Counted from the first letter of the stretch, positions 1-10,039 are shown. The stretch is DNA of 64,000 bases from Cyanophyceae cyanobacterium (GCA_050331735.1 JBHJGN010000066.1:10624-74623), one strand, 5' to 3'. Numbers and translations: made by a program. Notes: a model not told the origin generated them from the letters alone.

Positions 1-386
1 TCTTTGAGAATGCGATCATGATCGAAGCACAGATTTGTTGGCAGTTCCCAAGAGTGGCAAATACGGAGGGTTTGAGCATCGTCAGCGGCTTGGGGAGTGC
101 CTTGGGCCGTGGCGATAAACACAATACTAAGAGTATGCTGGCGCGGGTCGCGTTCGGGGTCAGAATAGACCCCAAACTGCTCGACTAATTCTACCTCTAG
201 GCTAACCTCTTCTTTGGCTTCCCGTCGCGCGGCGGTTTCTACCGCTTCCCCATAGTCTACAAATCCCCCCGGTAGCGCCCACCCAGAAGGAGGATTTTGG
301 CGTTCAATTAGAACGATCGGTCGATGAGGCTGGTCAATCAGTTCGATAATAATGTCTACTGTCGGCGCCGGGTTTCGGGGAGTCAC
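1..386 (-). CDS. NUDIX hydrolase (3' end runs off the window start)
   Basis: Not in the ORF track. Manual translation from GTG at 386 gives [18 protein letters not shown]...[28 protein letters not shown], which contains a Nudix box (GX5EX7REUXEE). Confidence 0.9.
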   Translation of the reverse strand, partial: MTPRNPAPTVDIIIELIDQPHRPIVLIERQNPPSGWALPGGFVDYGEAVETAARREAKEEVSLEVELVEQFGVYSDPERDPRQHTLSIVFIATAQGTPQAADDAQTLRICHSWELPTNLCFDHDRILK

Positions 387-557
387 ACTTTCTCACTGTA
401 ATCCGATTGACCTATATTATTCATCATTAGCGACCAGCAATCAACTTTCTGAGTAGCTAGATAGAATTGAATCTACGTTAGCTAGTGGCTGTTCGCTTTT
501 CTTGCCTGTCTTGATTCTGTTTTAACTGACCTACGCCTACTTATTTTAAAAGCGAGA

Positions 558-1487
558 ATGACAAATCATCCCAAAATTTTGATCGTCGGTTCCGGCGCTT
601 GGGGAACCGCCCTGGCCCAGTTAGCCTCTCGCAATGGTCATCCAGTCCGGCTGTGGTCGCGGCGCAGCGAGGAAAGGATCGAAGCAGCGATCGCCGATGT
701 GGACGTGGTGCTGTCTGCCGTTTCTAGCCAAGGAGTAAGACCCACCATTGAAAGACTGCCCGACCTTGCTGCCAATCTCATTTTGATCACCGCCACCAAA
801 GGCTTAGATCCCCTCACCACTTGCACTCCCTCGCAGCTTTGGCAAGATGCCTTTCCTCAGCAGGCAGTGGTTGTTTTATCCGGACCCAATTTATCTAAAG
901 AAATCCGTCAAGGGTTGCCCGCTGCGACGGTGGTTGCCAGTCAGTATGAAGACGCAGCACAAACAGTCCAAACAATTTTTAATTCCGAAACTTTTCGAGT
1001 TTACGTCAATGCCGATCCGCTAGGAACCGAACTCGGGGGAACGTTAAAAAATGTGATGGCGATCGCTGCGGGAGTTTGTGATGGAATTCAGCTTGGCACT
1101 AATGCCAAATCGGGGTTACTAACGCGAGCGCTACCGGAGATGATTCGCGTGGGAACTCGTTTAGGCGCATCGGCAGAAACTTTTTTTGGGCTATCCGGCT
1201 TAGGCGACCTCCTGGCAACCTGTAACAGCCCTCTCTCCCGAAATTACCAAGTAGGATTCGGATTGGCGCAAGGTAAAGCACTGACGCAAATTTTAGCCGA
1301 GATTGAAGGAACAGCAGAGGGAGTGAATACCACAAAGGTTCTGATGGAGTTAGCGCAGCAGCAGGAGGTGACGGTCCCCATCACTCGTCAGGTCTATCGG
1401 CTGCTAGAGGGAGAAATCACGCCCCAAGAAGCCGTAAAAGCTTTGATGGAACGAGCCCCCAAGCAAGAATTTAAAGATTTTTTCTAA
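558..1487 (+). CDS. gpsA: NAD(P)H-dependent glycerol-3-phosphate dehydrogenase
   Basis: GSGAWG Rossmann motif, TKG, LSGPN, GGTLKNVMAIAAG, GLSGLGDLLATC and SRN motifs. Confidence 0.95.
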   Translation: MTNHPKILIVGSGAWGTALAQLASRNGHPVRLWSRRSEERIEAAIADVDVVLSAVSSQGVRPTIERLPDLAANLILITATKGLDPLTTCTPSQLWQDAFPQQAVVVLSGPNLSKEIRQGLPAATVVASQYEDAAQTVQTIFNSETFRVYVNADPLGTELGGTLKNVMAIAAGVCDGIQLGTNAKSGLLTRALPEMIRVGTRLGASAETFFGLSGLGDLLATCNSPLSRNYQVGFGLAQGKALTQILAEIEGTAEGVNTTKVLMELAQQQEVTVPITRQVYRLLEGEITPQEAVKALMERAPKQEFKDFF

Positions 1488-1600
1488 AGGATTGCAGTCT
1501 CGAGTGGCGTGAGGTGAGAGCAAAGGCAAGAGATGCATCAATTTTATCAATGACTAGAACCCTACTCCATTATTTTACGTCAGGTAGGTAGGCTAGGAAG

Positions 1601-3139
1601 GTGCAATCAGCGCAGCCATACTACGAGGTTGCTCAGGCTCTTAAGTTTAGGAAGATGCGAGCGGTGTTGAAGACGAGCAAAAATCAGCAAAAAACATCGT
1701 ATAGATTTCAAACTCGTATTTTGGCGGTATATTGCTTATTAATTCTGTGCTCTTTTGCCGGGGCAGTCTTAGCGATTCGTCGAGATTTATTGTTACGGCT
1801 TGAGGCGAGGATCGAGCAGGCGCTCAACCAAGAAATTCAGGAATTACAGCTATTAGTACAGGGCAAAGACCCTGAAACAGCACAACCGTTTGGGAATAAT
1901 ATTACGGCTATTTTTGACGTTTTTCTAAGACGAAATATTCCCATTTCTAACGAATACACCATTGCCTTACTTCCCAATGGCTTTTATGACTCCGTTCCTG
2001 CCAACTTGCCTCCCTCAATCGCTCGCGACTCTGCTATGGTCAGACACTGGCAACAGCTCACTGTATCAGAACGGGGGAAAGTAGAGGGGTCTCAAGACCA
2101 AATTGTTTATTTAGCCGAACCCATTGCTATTGACGGCAAAATTAGGGGGGTATTTGTGGTAGCAATTGCTACTCGGAGCGAACTTCAAGAGGTCAGAGAA
2201 GCGATTTTAACAATTATTCGCGTCACTACGGTCGCCGCAGTGATTACTTCGGTGTTGGCCTGGATTTTCGCCGGTCGAATCTTAAATCCTCTCCGTTTAT
2301 TGACTAAAACGGCACGAGCCATTAGCGAAAATAATTTGGACCAACGCATCCCTGTACAGGGAAATGATGAAGTTGCTCAGCTAAGCACAACATTTAATGA
2401 GATGTTGCAGCGATTACAGTCAGCATTTGTAAGTCAACGACAATTTTTGAATGATGTCGGCCACGAACTGAGAACTCCCATTACGATTGTTCAAGGTCAT
2501 CTGGAATTGATGGGGGATACTCCCCAAGAACAACAGGAAACCAAGAAAATTATTGCAGATGAATTAGAACGGATGAACCGCCTGATTGCTGATCTGTTGC
2601 TCTTGGCCAAATCCGAACAACCAGATTTCTTGCACCTAGAATCGGTTGAGCTGAGAACGTTGACTGAAGAAATTTATGACAGAGCAAGAGCGCTTGCCCC
2701 TCGGCATTGGCAATTAGAAACAGTCGGAACGGGTATTATCCTTGCAGATCGTCAGCGATTAGTGCAGGCAGTGACTAATTTAGCTCAAAATGCGACTAAA
2801 CATACCACAACGGCAGGGACCATTGCCATTGGTTCTGCTATTCAGAAAAAAACCGTTCATTTCTGGGTACGAGATACGGGAACGGGAATTGCGATGGCCG
2901 ACCAACAGCGTATTTTCGAGCGTTTTCAGACAGGAGTGAGTAGAGATGGAGCCAGAAGTACGGGATTAGGTCTTGCGATTGTCAGCGCGATTGTCCAAGC
3001 CCACGACGGACGGATTGCCCTGTATAGCCAGCCTGGTGTCGGCTCAACTTTTACCCTGATTCTTCCGATTCTAGCTCCTCTAAAAAGAGCGAGTCACACC
3101 GACAGTACCAAACTTCATTCCTTGATGGCCGATCGCTAA
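1601..3139 (+). CDS. Membrane sensor histidine kinase (HAMP-HisKA-HATPase); start may be a downstream ATG
   Basis: Two TM segments, HAMP (DEVAQLSTTFNEML), H-box HELRTP, N-box NLAQNA, DTGTG and GLGL boxes. Confidence 0.9.
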   Translation: MQSAQPYYEVAQALKFRKMRAVLKTSKNQQKTSYRFQTRILAVYCLLILCSFAGAVLAIRRDLLLRLEARIEQALNQEIQELQLLVQGKDPETAQPFGNNITAIFDVFLRRNIPISNEYTIALLPNGFYDSVPANLPPSIARDSAMVRHWQQLTVSERGKVEGSQDQIVYLAEPIAIDGKIRGVFVVAIATRSELQEVREAILTIIRVTTVAAVITSVLAWIFAGRILNPLRLLTKTARAISENNLDQRIPVQGNDEVAQLSTTFNEMLQRLQSAFVSQRQFLNDVGHELRTPITIVQGHLELMGDTPQEQQETKKIIADELERMNRLIADLLLLAKSEQPDFLHLESVELRTLTEEIYDRARALAPRHWQLETVGTGIILADRQRLVQAVTNLAQNATKHTTTAGTIAIGSAIQKKTVHFWVRDTGTGIAMADQQRIFERFQTGVSRDGARSTGLGLAIVSAIVQAHDGRIALYSQPGVGSTFTLILPILAPLKRASHTDSTKLHSLMADR

Positions 3140-3176
3140 AATGCTCTTGTTAGTGTCAATTATTTCTAATCGTGAC

Positions 3177-4682
3177 TCACCGAGTATAGCGATGCTTCAC
3201 GCCGAGGGGAAAATCGTCGCGATCGCCTGGGGGCTTCAGCGTCACTTGGGGGTGCTGTCGTTCTGGCGGAACGTAGTTAGCAAACTCGCTGTTGAGGCGC
3301 AGCAACTGTTCTTGAATAGCAGTAGCAATGCGCTGCCGCTTGTCTTCGCTGTCAGTCACTCCGGGGGCTAGCTCAACGGTGATCGCTAAATAGACGTTGT
3401 GATCGCTATCCTCTTTCACCTCCATGACAAATTTGCCCGTCACCCACTCCTGAATCTCCGACTGTTCCAGTCCTACCGTCACGTTTTCTGGATAGATATT
3501 TGCGCCAAAGTAGGAAATAGTAAAGTGCGATCGCCCAAACACATACACAAAGGGCAGCGGATAGACCCTCCCAGAATCCAACTCTTGGAGAGGCTCGAAG
3601 CCCCATTCTTGCAAAAACTCCAGCATGTCTTCCAAAAACTCCAGCATGTCTTCGTAGGGAATGATGCCGCCGCGATCGCAAATATGGTAGCGAATTAGCG
3701 GAATGCCGTTATCGCCAGAAAACAGCAGCGTACCGTCTACCACTTCAAAAAAGCGGCTGAGCGGATCGTACTGCACCAAAGTTGGTAACCGAGACTCACC
3801 AAACAAAGTCCGGGCCACGTCGGGATGAGCCGCCAGAAAGCGACGAATACAGATGCTCAAGGGAGTTTCGTTGCCTAGCACACCAGCATCCGCTGTTCCG
3901 TAGAGAGAAGCGGAGTCGTAGCAAGGATTCACTGAGCCAATTCGTTTGCCAACTAAGCTGCGCCACTCTTCGCTAAACACTTGTCCTGCCATTATTAGCT
4001 ACACAGCGTAACGCTGCCATTCGATGCCCTCTGCCCTGCCGCTATCGATCACATCTTTAAGGAAAGGAGGATAGCCCAATAGAACAACTTGCTCAAAATC
4101 AGGGGCCAGTTGCTGCACGACGCGGAGAATTTCTGTTTTGTTGTTGCCGGGAGTAATCACAGTGATGGGATACCCTTTCGCGGCCAGATGACGACAGCAG
4201 CTAGCGGTATAAATCCCGCCTACCCAGGTGCCGAGGCTAAAGCAGACAACAGCTAGAGTAGGAACATTGGCTCCAAAATCGCGGAAAATCTGCTCAAAGC
4301 GAGTGGCGATCTGAAATTCATCGGTGAGAAAGCGGGGCCAAAATGTTGGCGCACCAGTAGAACCCGAAGACACTGCAATCAGATCGCACTTTTCCAAGCG
4401 TCCGTGACGACACAGCGCCGAGAGCGCATGCTGCTGCAAATAGTTGGCTTTCGTTGTCAGCGGTAACGATTGAAAATCGGCAAAGGTTTGAATGGCGTTT
4501 GCGTCGATCTGATGTTCTTTTAAAAAAGCTTGATACGCAGGAACCGTCTCAGCCACCTGCTGAAACAGCTTAACAGCAGCAGCTTGAGCATCGACGCGGG
4601 TAGCTTGATGGAGCCGCGTATCGAGAGGAGTGCTCAGAAAGGTTTGCCAAGCATCAAGAACTCGTTGCGATTGGTTTTGCAT
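3177..4682 (-). pseudogene. Phenylacetate-CoA ligase (PaaK-like) family gene split by an in-frame amber stop
   Basis: ORFs 3999-4682 and 3177-3992 are in the same frame (WQRYAV*LIMAGQVFSEEW, TAG at 3999-4001). Adenylate-forming motifs SSGSTG, YGTAD, RYHICD and GRS are present. Confidence 0.85.
3612..3653. repeat. Perfect 21-bp tandem duplication (caaaaactccagcatgtcttc x2)
   Basis: 3612-3632 equals 3633-3653, giving EDMLEFL-EDMLEFL. Confidence 0.95.
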
Positions 4683-4756
4683 AGTCTTTAAATGACCTAG
4701 AGGTTAAAAGCTATTAGCTATGACTAGCAATTCCGCAATTTTGTATCTGAGCTTTT

Positions 4757-4784
4757 TGTTAATTGTTGATTGTTCATAGTTCAT
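4757..4784. repeat. STRR-like heptamer tandem repeat (TGTTGAT type); related tracts at 32908-32928, 40914-40939, 47072-47089, 53060-53120, 53226-53254
   Basis: tgttaat-tgttgat-tgttcat-agttcat. All related tracts are intergenic. Confidence 0.75.
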
Positions 4785-5004
4785 CGCTACTATAGTCCCT
4801 CCCACTGGCTTACCGTAATTTCTCCAGTTCCCCCGCTCTAAACTATCTTAAATTATTACTATTTAAAAACCGAGTTTACCTAATGCAAGTATTCATTACC
4901 ATTCAGCCAACTACCCTCCTCGTTTCGGTATAGCGATTTGTTGGGCTGCTGAATAACAGGTGGAGATTAGATAGGTGCCTTCAGCATTTTTGCATTATAG
5001 TATA

Positions 5005-5025
5005 AAACGAACTCTCAGTACGTTT
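5005..5025. promoter_or_regulatory. Putative controller-protein operator upstream of the methyltransferase
   Basis: AAACGAAC-TCTCA-GTACGTTT, 6 nt before ATG 5032 and just after a -10-like TATAGT/TAGTAT. The same motif occurs twice upstream of the C-R gene. Confidence 0.75.
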
Positions 5026-5031
5026 ATCTAT

Positions 5032-6030
5032 ATGCCTCTTTCAAATCCTCTGTACACTACGGACTATGGTGCCGCGTATGTAGGTAATTCACTTTTATTA
5101 CTCGATCAGCTTGAAGACGATTCTGTTGACTTAGTATTAACTTCCCCACCTTTTGCCCTTCAGCGTAAAAAGACTTACGGTAATGTAGAGCAAGAGGATT
5201 ATGTTAACTGGCTTTGTGAGTTTTGCAAGAAAGTTCATAGAGTTCTCTCTCCAACAGGAAGCTTTATTCTTGACTTAGGTGGAGCTTATCAAAGTAAACG
5301 CCCTGTTCGCTCGCTTTATAACTATCGTATTCTGATTAAACTTTGTGATGAATTAGAATTTAGACTTGCTGAAGAATTCTTTTGGTTTAATCCAGCAAAG
5401 CTACCATCACCAATTGAGTGGGTTAATAAACGAAAAATTCGAGCAAAAGATTCTGTAAATACAGTTTGGTGGTTATCGAAATGCGATAACCCTAAAGCTA
5501 ACGTAAGTAATGTTTTAGTTCCTTATTCTGAGCGCATGAAAAAGTTACAAGCTAATCCTCAAAAGTATTATAAACCTAAAGAAAGACCTTCAGGTCATGA
5601 TATTAGTAAAAGCTTTGCTACTGATAATGGTGGTGCTATTCCTTCTAATCTACTGGAAATCCCAAATACAGAAAGCAATTCTAGCTATATTCGAATGTGC
5701 AAATCTATCTCTGTAGCTCCCCATCCTGCAAGATTTCCTCAGAAGCTACCAACGTTTTTTATTAAGTTTTTAACTGAACCTGGAGATAAAGTCTTAGATA
5801 TATTTGCAGGCTCAAACACAACGGGATTTGCCGCTGAAAAGCTAGAAAGAAGATGGGTGGCTTTTGAAGAAAACTCTGCCTACCTCGCTGCATCTGCTTT
5901 TCGTTTTCTAAGCAAATTTGAGAATCCAAAGGATGCTCTTGCTCTTTACAAAAATCTTCTCCTTCAACAAGAGCCAATCTGCATAAACCAATCAAAGCAA
6001 TTAGTTATAAAGTTAGATGCTTCAACTTAA
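5032..6030 (+). CDS. N4-cytosine DNA methyltransferase, beta class, M.PvuII-like
   Basis: TSPPF catalytic motif, KLPSPIEWVNKRKIR, HPARFP, DIFAGSNTTG and AASAFRF match M.PvuII as recalled. Likely start is ATG 5032 rather than GTG 4975. Confidence 0.9.
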   Translation: MPLSNPLYTTDYGAAYVGNSLLLLDQLEDDSVDLVLTSPPFALQRKKTYGNVEQEDYVNWLCEFCKKVHRVLSPTGSFILDLGGAYQSKRPVRSLYNYRILIKLCDELEFRLAEEFFWFNPAKLPSPIEWVNKRKIRAKDSVNTVWWLSKCDNPKANVSNVLVPYSERMKKLQANPQKYYKPKERPSGHDISKSFATDNGGAIPSNLLEIPNTESNSSYIRMCKSISVAPHPARFPQKLPTFFIKFLTEPGDKVLDIFAGSNTTGFAAEKLERRWVAFEENSAYLAASAFRFLSKFENPKDALALYKNLLLQQEPICINQSKQLVIKLDAST

Positions 6031-6050
6031 ATCAGCAAATCAACTTGTGG

Positions 6051-6866
6051 CTACTCATTGCTTTGAGGATAGACTAGTTCACCTTCCTTTTCTATCAAAC
6101 TTAAAGGAATTTTAGGATTATTAATAGACTCTATGCCTCCAAGGATTCTAGATTCCCAGTAGCTGAATTTAGGTTCTAGGGATGCTGGGTCAACCTTATA
6201 AATAGCTTTCAATGTTATTCCCTCGTAAACAGCAACGTACCAAGCTTTTACATCTCTATATTTGGCAAGAATATCCAAATTGAGATGATGGTGTGTAGTT
6301 ACACTTCTGCTTAGGAGTTTGTTAATTGTCTTTAACTCATACTCATTTTCTTCTGCATCAATTGCATTATTTCCTTCACGCCCAGGCGATATCCGTAAAC
6401 CAAGTAGAATTAGCACTTGAAGTACTTTGCCACCGTTATCTTGAAAAACGTCATTGATACCATACTCACTCGCAAGGCTCTGTAACTCCTGTATGGCTTC
6501 TAGTGCTGTTTGTAAACGTTCTAAATCAGAGCGACGCTCTTTAGATGTATTAATTGGTTCTTCAACAGGCTCAACAAGAGAAGGAGGAACTACGGGAGAC
6601 TGTAATTCAGTAAGGAAGCTAGTACTGACAACCGATTGATTGGTAACGTACATCAAGTATGGTACTGATACATCAAGAGCTTCAGCAACATCGATAATTG
6701 TTTCAAAGGATGGAGCGCGTTCACCACGTTCTATGTAGCTAACATGCTCAATAGATTTGTTAAGGCGTTCTGCCAGTTGTTCCTGGGTGATTCCTCGTGC
6801 TTTACGAAGTGTCTGAACCCTCTCTCCAAAAAGCTGTTTAGCTTTCTCATGTTTTTTGGAAGTCAT
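6051..6866 (-). CDS. XRE-family controller (C) HTH fused to a PvuII-family restriction endonuclease domain
   Basis: N-terminus FGERVQTLRKARGITQEQLAERL...SYIERGER, a Pro/Ser-rich linker, then GINDVFQDNGGKVLQVL, PGREGN, EYELK, THHHLN and INNPKIP typical of R.PvuII. Confidence 0.9.
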   Translation of the reverse strand: MTSKKHEKAKQLFGERVQTLRKARGITQEQLAERLNKSIEHVSYIERGERAPSFETIIDVAEALDVSVPYLMYVTNQSVVSTSFLTELQSPVVPPSLVEPVEEPINTSKERRSDLERLQTALEAIQELQSLASEYGINDVFQDNGGKVLQVLILLGLRISPGREGNNAIDAEENEYELKTINKLLSRSVTTHHHLNLDILAKYRDVKAWYVAVYEGITLKAIYKVDPASLEPKFSYWESRILGGIESINNPKIPLSLIEKEGELVYPQSNE

Positions 6867-6873
6867 ACGGCTA

Positions 6874-6944
6874 AAACGAACCGAAAGTACGTTTCGAATC
6901 GTATGAAACGACTAGCAATAACAGAACGAACTCAAAGTACGTTT
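6874..6944. promoter_or_regulatory. Two putative operators, 50 bp apart, upstream of the C-R fusion
   Basis: AAACGAAC-CGAAA-GTACGTTT (6874-6894) and GAACGAAC-TCAAA-GTACGTTT (6924-6944). Confidence 0.75.
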
Positions 6945-7067
6945 TATTAGTCTGCTGTCATAGCTAATCTTAAAGTGCTCCTTTTAAGGTTGATATCCCT
7001 AACTAAATTCATTAACACTTTGAAAATGCATCCCTTACCCCTCACCAATTAAGACAAGCAGCTTAAC

Positions 7068-8561
7068 TTAGTACTCAATCCATCCCTGAGCGCGTTCAAC
7101 CGCTCTTTGCCAGATGGCAAAATTTTCTTGTGCTTGAGCGGTTCCTGCTCCTGGCTCGAAAATCCGCTCAATCTTGCGGCTGGCGACTAATTCTTGATAG
7201 CTATCCCAGAAACCCGCCGTTAATCCGGCCCCAAACGCTGCTCCTTGAGCCGTCGCTTCTAAAATTGCTGGACGTTCAATGGGAATCCCGAGGGCATCCG
7301 CCTGAAACTGCATCAGAAAATTGTTTTCTGAGGCACCACCATCGACTTTGAGCCGCGATACCGGGGCATCGTCTTGGGTAATGGCCTCAACGACTTCTTT
7401 AACCTGATAGGCGATCGCCTCCAGCACTGAGCGCACCAAATGTTCTCGCTTGACTCCCCCGGTAAGGCCCAAAAAAGCACCGCGAGCGCTAGAATCCCAG
7501 TGAGGAGTGCCTAAGCCGCTAAATCCCGGGACAAAATAGACTCCGTTCGTATCGGGAACCTGTTGGGCTAGGGACTCGGTTTCCGCTGCTGTTTGAATCA
7601 ACTTCAGCCCATCCCGCAGCCACTGCACACAAGCTCCGGTAGTAAACATGGCTCCTTCTAAGGCATAGTTGACCGCGCCGTTTTGGGTTGTCCAGGCAAC
7701 GGTAGACAGCAGCCGATGCTGGGAGCGAACGAGGGAGCCAGTTTGGGCGACTAAAAAGCAGCCAGTGCCGTAGGTGCATTTCAGTAACCCAGGGCGATCG
7801 CAGCCGTGGGCAAACAGTGCCGCCTGCTGATCGCCAAAAACCGCCGTAATGGGAATTTCTGTGCCCAACAAAGTGGCATCGCTCACGCCAAAGAAGCCTA
7901 AACTCGGGCGAATTTCCGGCATCATCCGGGCTGGAATCTCAAATAAGTTTAGCAGCGTTTCATCCCACTCTCTAGCAACGAGGTTCATCAACATCGTGCG
8001 GCTGGCGTTGCTTGTGTCGGTGGCGTGAACTTTACCGCCAGTGAGGTTCCACAGGATCCAGCTATCAATCGTTCCGGCGATAACGTTATCCACCTCCTTA
8101 AGCTTCGGCCTCAGCCAGTCCAATAGCCACGCCAGCTTAGTCGCTGAAAAATAGGCATCGACAATTAGTCCGGTGCGTTCCTGAATTTCCGGGCCTTTTC
8201 CTTGATTGACTAACCGACGGCAGGCGGAGGCAGTGCGCCGATCTTGCCAGACAATGGCGTTGTGCAGAGGTTGCCCGGTTGTTCGGTCCCACAGCAGGCA
8301 GGTTTCCCGCTGTACCGTTAATCCAATGGCGGCTACCTGGGCGGCGGCAATGCCTTGAGTTTGCAGAACCTGCTGAATACACTTCTGGGTATCTCGCCAA
8401 ATTTCCTGGGGGTCGTGTTCTAGCCACCCGGGTTGAGGATAGGATTGAGTCAATTCTTGATAAGCCTGAGCCGCGATCGCTCCTCGGCGATCGAACAAAA
8501 TAGCGCGGTTGCCCGTTGTGCCGAGATCGAGTCCGAGAACATACTGGGGGTGATTCGTCAT
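7068..8561 (-). CDS. glpK: Glycerol kinase
   Basis: DLGTTG, QRET, WQDRRT, YFSATK, GDQQAALF, KCTYGTGCF, VDGGA. Confidence 0.96.
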   Translation of the reverse strand: MTNHPQYVLGLDLGTTGNRAILFDRRGAIAAQAYQELTQSYPQPGWLEHDPQEIWRDTQKCIQQVLQTQGIAAAQVAAIGLTVQRETCLLWDRTTGQPLHNAIVWQDRRTASACRRLVNQGKGPEIQERTGLIVDAYFSATKLAWLLDWLRPKLKEVDNVIAGTIDSWILWNLTGGKVHATDTSNASRTMLMNLVAREWDETLLNLFEIPARMMPEIRPSLGFFGVSDATLLGTEIPITAVFGDQQAALFAHGCDRPGLLKCTYGTGCFLVAQTGSLVRSQHRLLSTVAWTTQNGAVNYALEGAMFTTGACVQWLRDGLKLIQTAAETESLAQQVPDTNGVYFVPGFSGLGTPHWDSSARGAFLGLTGGVKREHLVRSVLEAIAYQVKEVVEAITQDDAPVSRLKVDGGASENNFLMQFQADALGIPIERPAILEATAQGAAFGAGLTAGFWDSYQELVASRKIERIFEPGAGTAQAQENFAIWQRAVERAQGWIEY

Positions 8562-8668
8562 GACCTTTCTCTACCAATTTGGGTGAATCCCGAATGGAGT
8601 AGTATGATGAGTTGGCGAAACTAGGTTTGCCAATCCTGAGATCGCCACCTCAACTGTTGTTTTAGCTT

Positions 8669-10039
8669 ATGACAAAATTAACCCCCAACCCTAGTTTCAG
8701 CGTGGCGATTCGCCTCGAACTGCCCAATCAGGCGGGCGCTTTGGCTGCTGTTGTCAGCGCGATCGCGGACGCAGGCGGCAATCTCGGCCCGATTACGCTT
8801 GTGGAGCAAAATCTGAAACTGACTCACCGCGAACTAACCGTCGATGCCTTCAGCGACGATCATGCTCAACAGATTGTCGCCGCCATCAAAGCCATAGCGA
8901 CGGTAAAGGTGCTAGACGTCTGCGATCGCACGTTTCGTCTTCATCAAGGCGGGAAGCTGCGGGTCGAGTGTCGGCAGCCGCTCACGTCTCAGTCGGATTT
9001 GGCAATGGCGTATACGCCGGGAGTAGGGAGAATTTGTCGGGCGATCGCTGCCGATCCGCAACAGGTTTTCTCCCTGACGATTAAAAGCAATACGGTGGCC
9101 ATTGTCACAGACGGCAGTGCCGTTCTGGGCTTGGGAAACTTAGGCCCTCAAGCGGCACTCCCGGTGATGGAGGGCAAAGCGATGCTGTTTAAAGAGTTTG
9201 CTGGCATTGACGCTTTCCCAATTTGTTTAGACACTCAGGATCCTGAAACCATTATTGCCACCGTCAAAAATATCGCTCCAGTATTTGGCGGCGTGAATTT
9301 AGAAGATATTAGCGCCCCTCGCTGCTTTGAAATTGAACAGCGACTGAAGCAAGAACTCGATATTCCAGTCTTTCACGACGATCAGCACGGGACGGCTATT
9401 GTGGTTCTGGCAGCGCTCTATAACGCCCTCAAACTAGTCCAGAAGCCCCTAGAAAGCATCAAAATCGTCATCAATGGAGCGGGAGCTGCCGGAGTGGCGA
9501 TCGCCCGCCTGCTGCGTCAAGCCGGAGCCAAAACCGTGTGGCTGTGCGACTCGCAAGGCATCGTTTCCACTCAGCGGAGCAAGTTAACTGCCCAAAAGCA
9601 AGAGCTGGCAGTTAGGGAAAGTGGCTCTCTCTCCGATGCCCTGCAAGGAGCCGATGTCTTTTTAGGAGTGAGCGTTCCCGACGTGGTTACCCAGGAGATG
9701 GTGCGCTCGATGGCCTCTCAGCCGATTGTGTTTGCTATGGCCAACCCAATTCCAGAAATTCAGCCCGAACTGATTCGCGAGGATGCGGCGGTTATCGCCA
9801 CCGGGCGCAGTGACTATCCCAATCAAATCAACAACGTGCTGGCCTTTCCAGGGGTGTTTCGGGGAGCCCTAGACTGTCGGGCCACAGAAATTACTACGTC
9901 AATGCAGCTAGAAGCCGCGCGAGCGATCGCCGCTCTAGTCTCGTCTGAGCAGCAAGGCCCGGAAAACATTATTCCTTCCGTGTTTGATGCGAGAGTGGCT
10001 CCGGCTGTGGCAGCAGCGGTACAGCAGGCAGTGAGATAG
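8669..10039 (+). CDS. ACT-domain NAD(P)-dependent malic enzyme
   Basis: N-terminal ACT domain, AYTPGV, VTDGSAVLGLG, NLEDI, HDDQHGTA, GAGAAG, ATGRSDYPNQINN. Confidence 0.93.
   Translation: MTKLTPNPSFSVAIRLELPNQAGALAAVVSAIADAGGNLGPITLVEQNLKLTHRELTVDAFSDDHAQQIVAAIKAIATVKVLDVCDRTFRLHQGGKLRVECRQPLTSQSDLAMAYTPGVGRICRAIAADPQQVFSLTIKSNTVAIVTDGSAVLGLGNLGPQAALPVMEGKAMLFKEFAGIDAFPICLDTQDPETIIATVKNIAPVFGGVNLEDISAPRCFEIEQRLKQELDIPVFHDDQHGTAIVVLAALYNALKLVQKPLESIKIVINGAGAAGVAIARLLRQAGAKTVWLCDSQGIVSTQRSKLTAQKQELAVRESGSLSDALQGADVFLGVSVPDVVTQEMVRSMASQPIVFAMANPIPEIQPELIREDAAVIATGRSDYPNQINNVLAFPGVFRGALDCRATEITTSMQLEAARAIAALVSSEQQGPENIIPSVFDARVAPAVAAAVQQAVR

Noticed and set aside
3999-4001. Programmed amber read-through (pyrrolysine)
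   Set aside because: No pyl genes or tRNA in the window, not known in cyanobacteria, and many genes here use TAG as a normal stop.
4975-5031. GTG-initiated N-terminal extension of the methyltransferase
   Set aside because: It overlaps the -10-like element and operator, and similarity to M.PvuII begins near ATG 5032.
5005-6944. Operator motif as a LexA/SOS box (CGAAC...GTACG)
   Set aside because: LexA boxes have a 4-nt spacer between GAAC/GTAC half-sites. All three copies here have 5 nt and are confined to the R-M cassette.
558-8561. gpsA and glpK both begin with MTNHP
   Set aside because: Codons differ and the similarity ends after five residues, so it is most likely coincidence.
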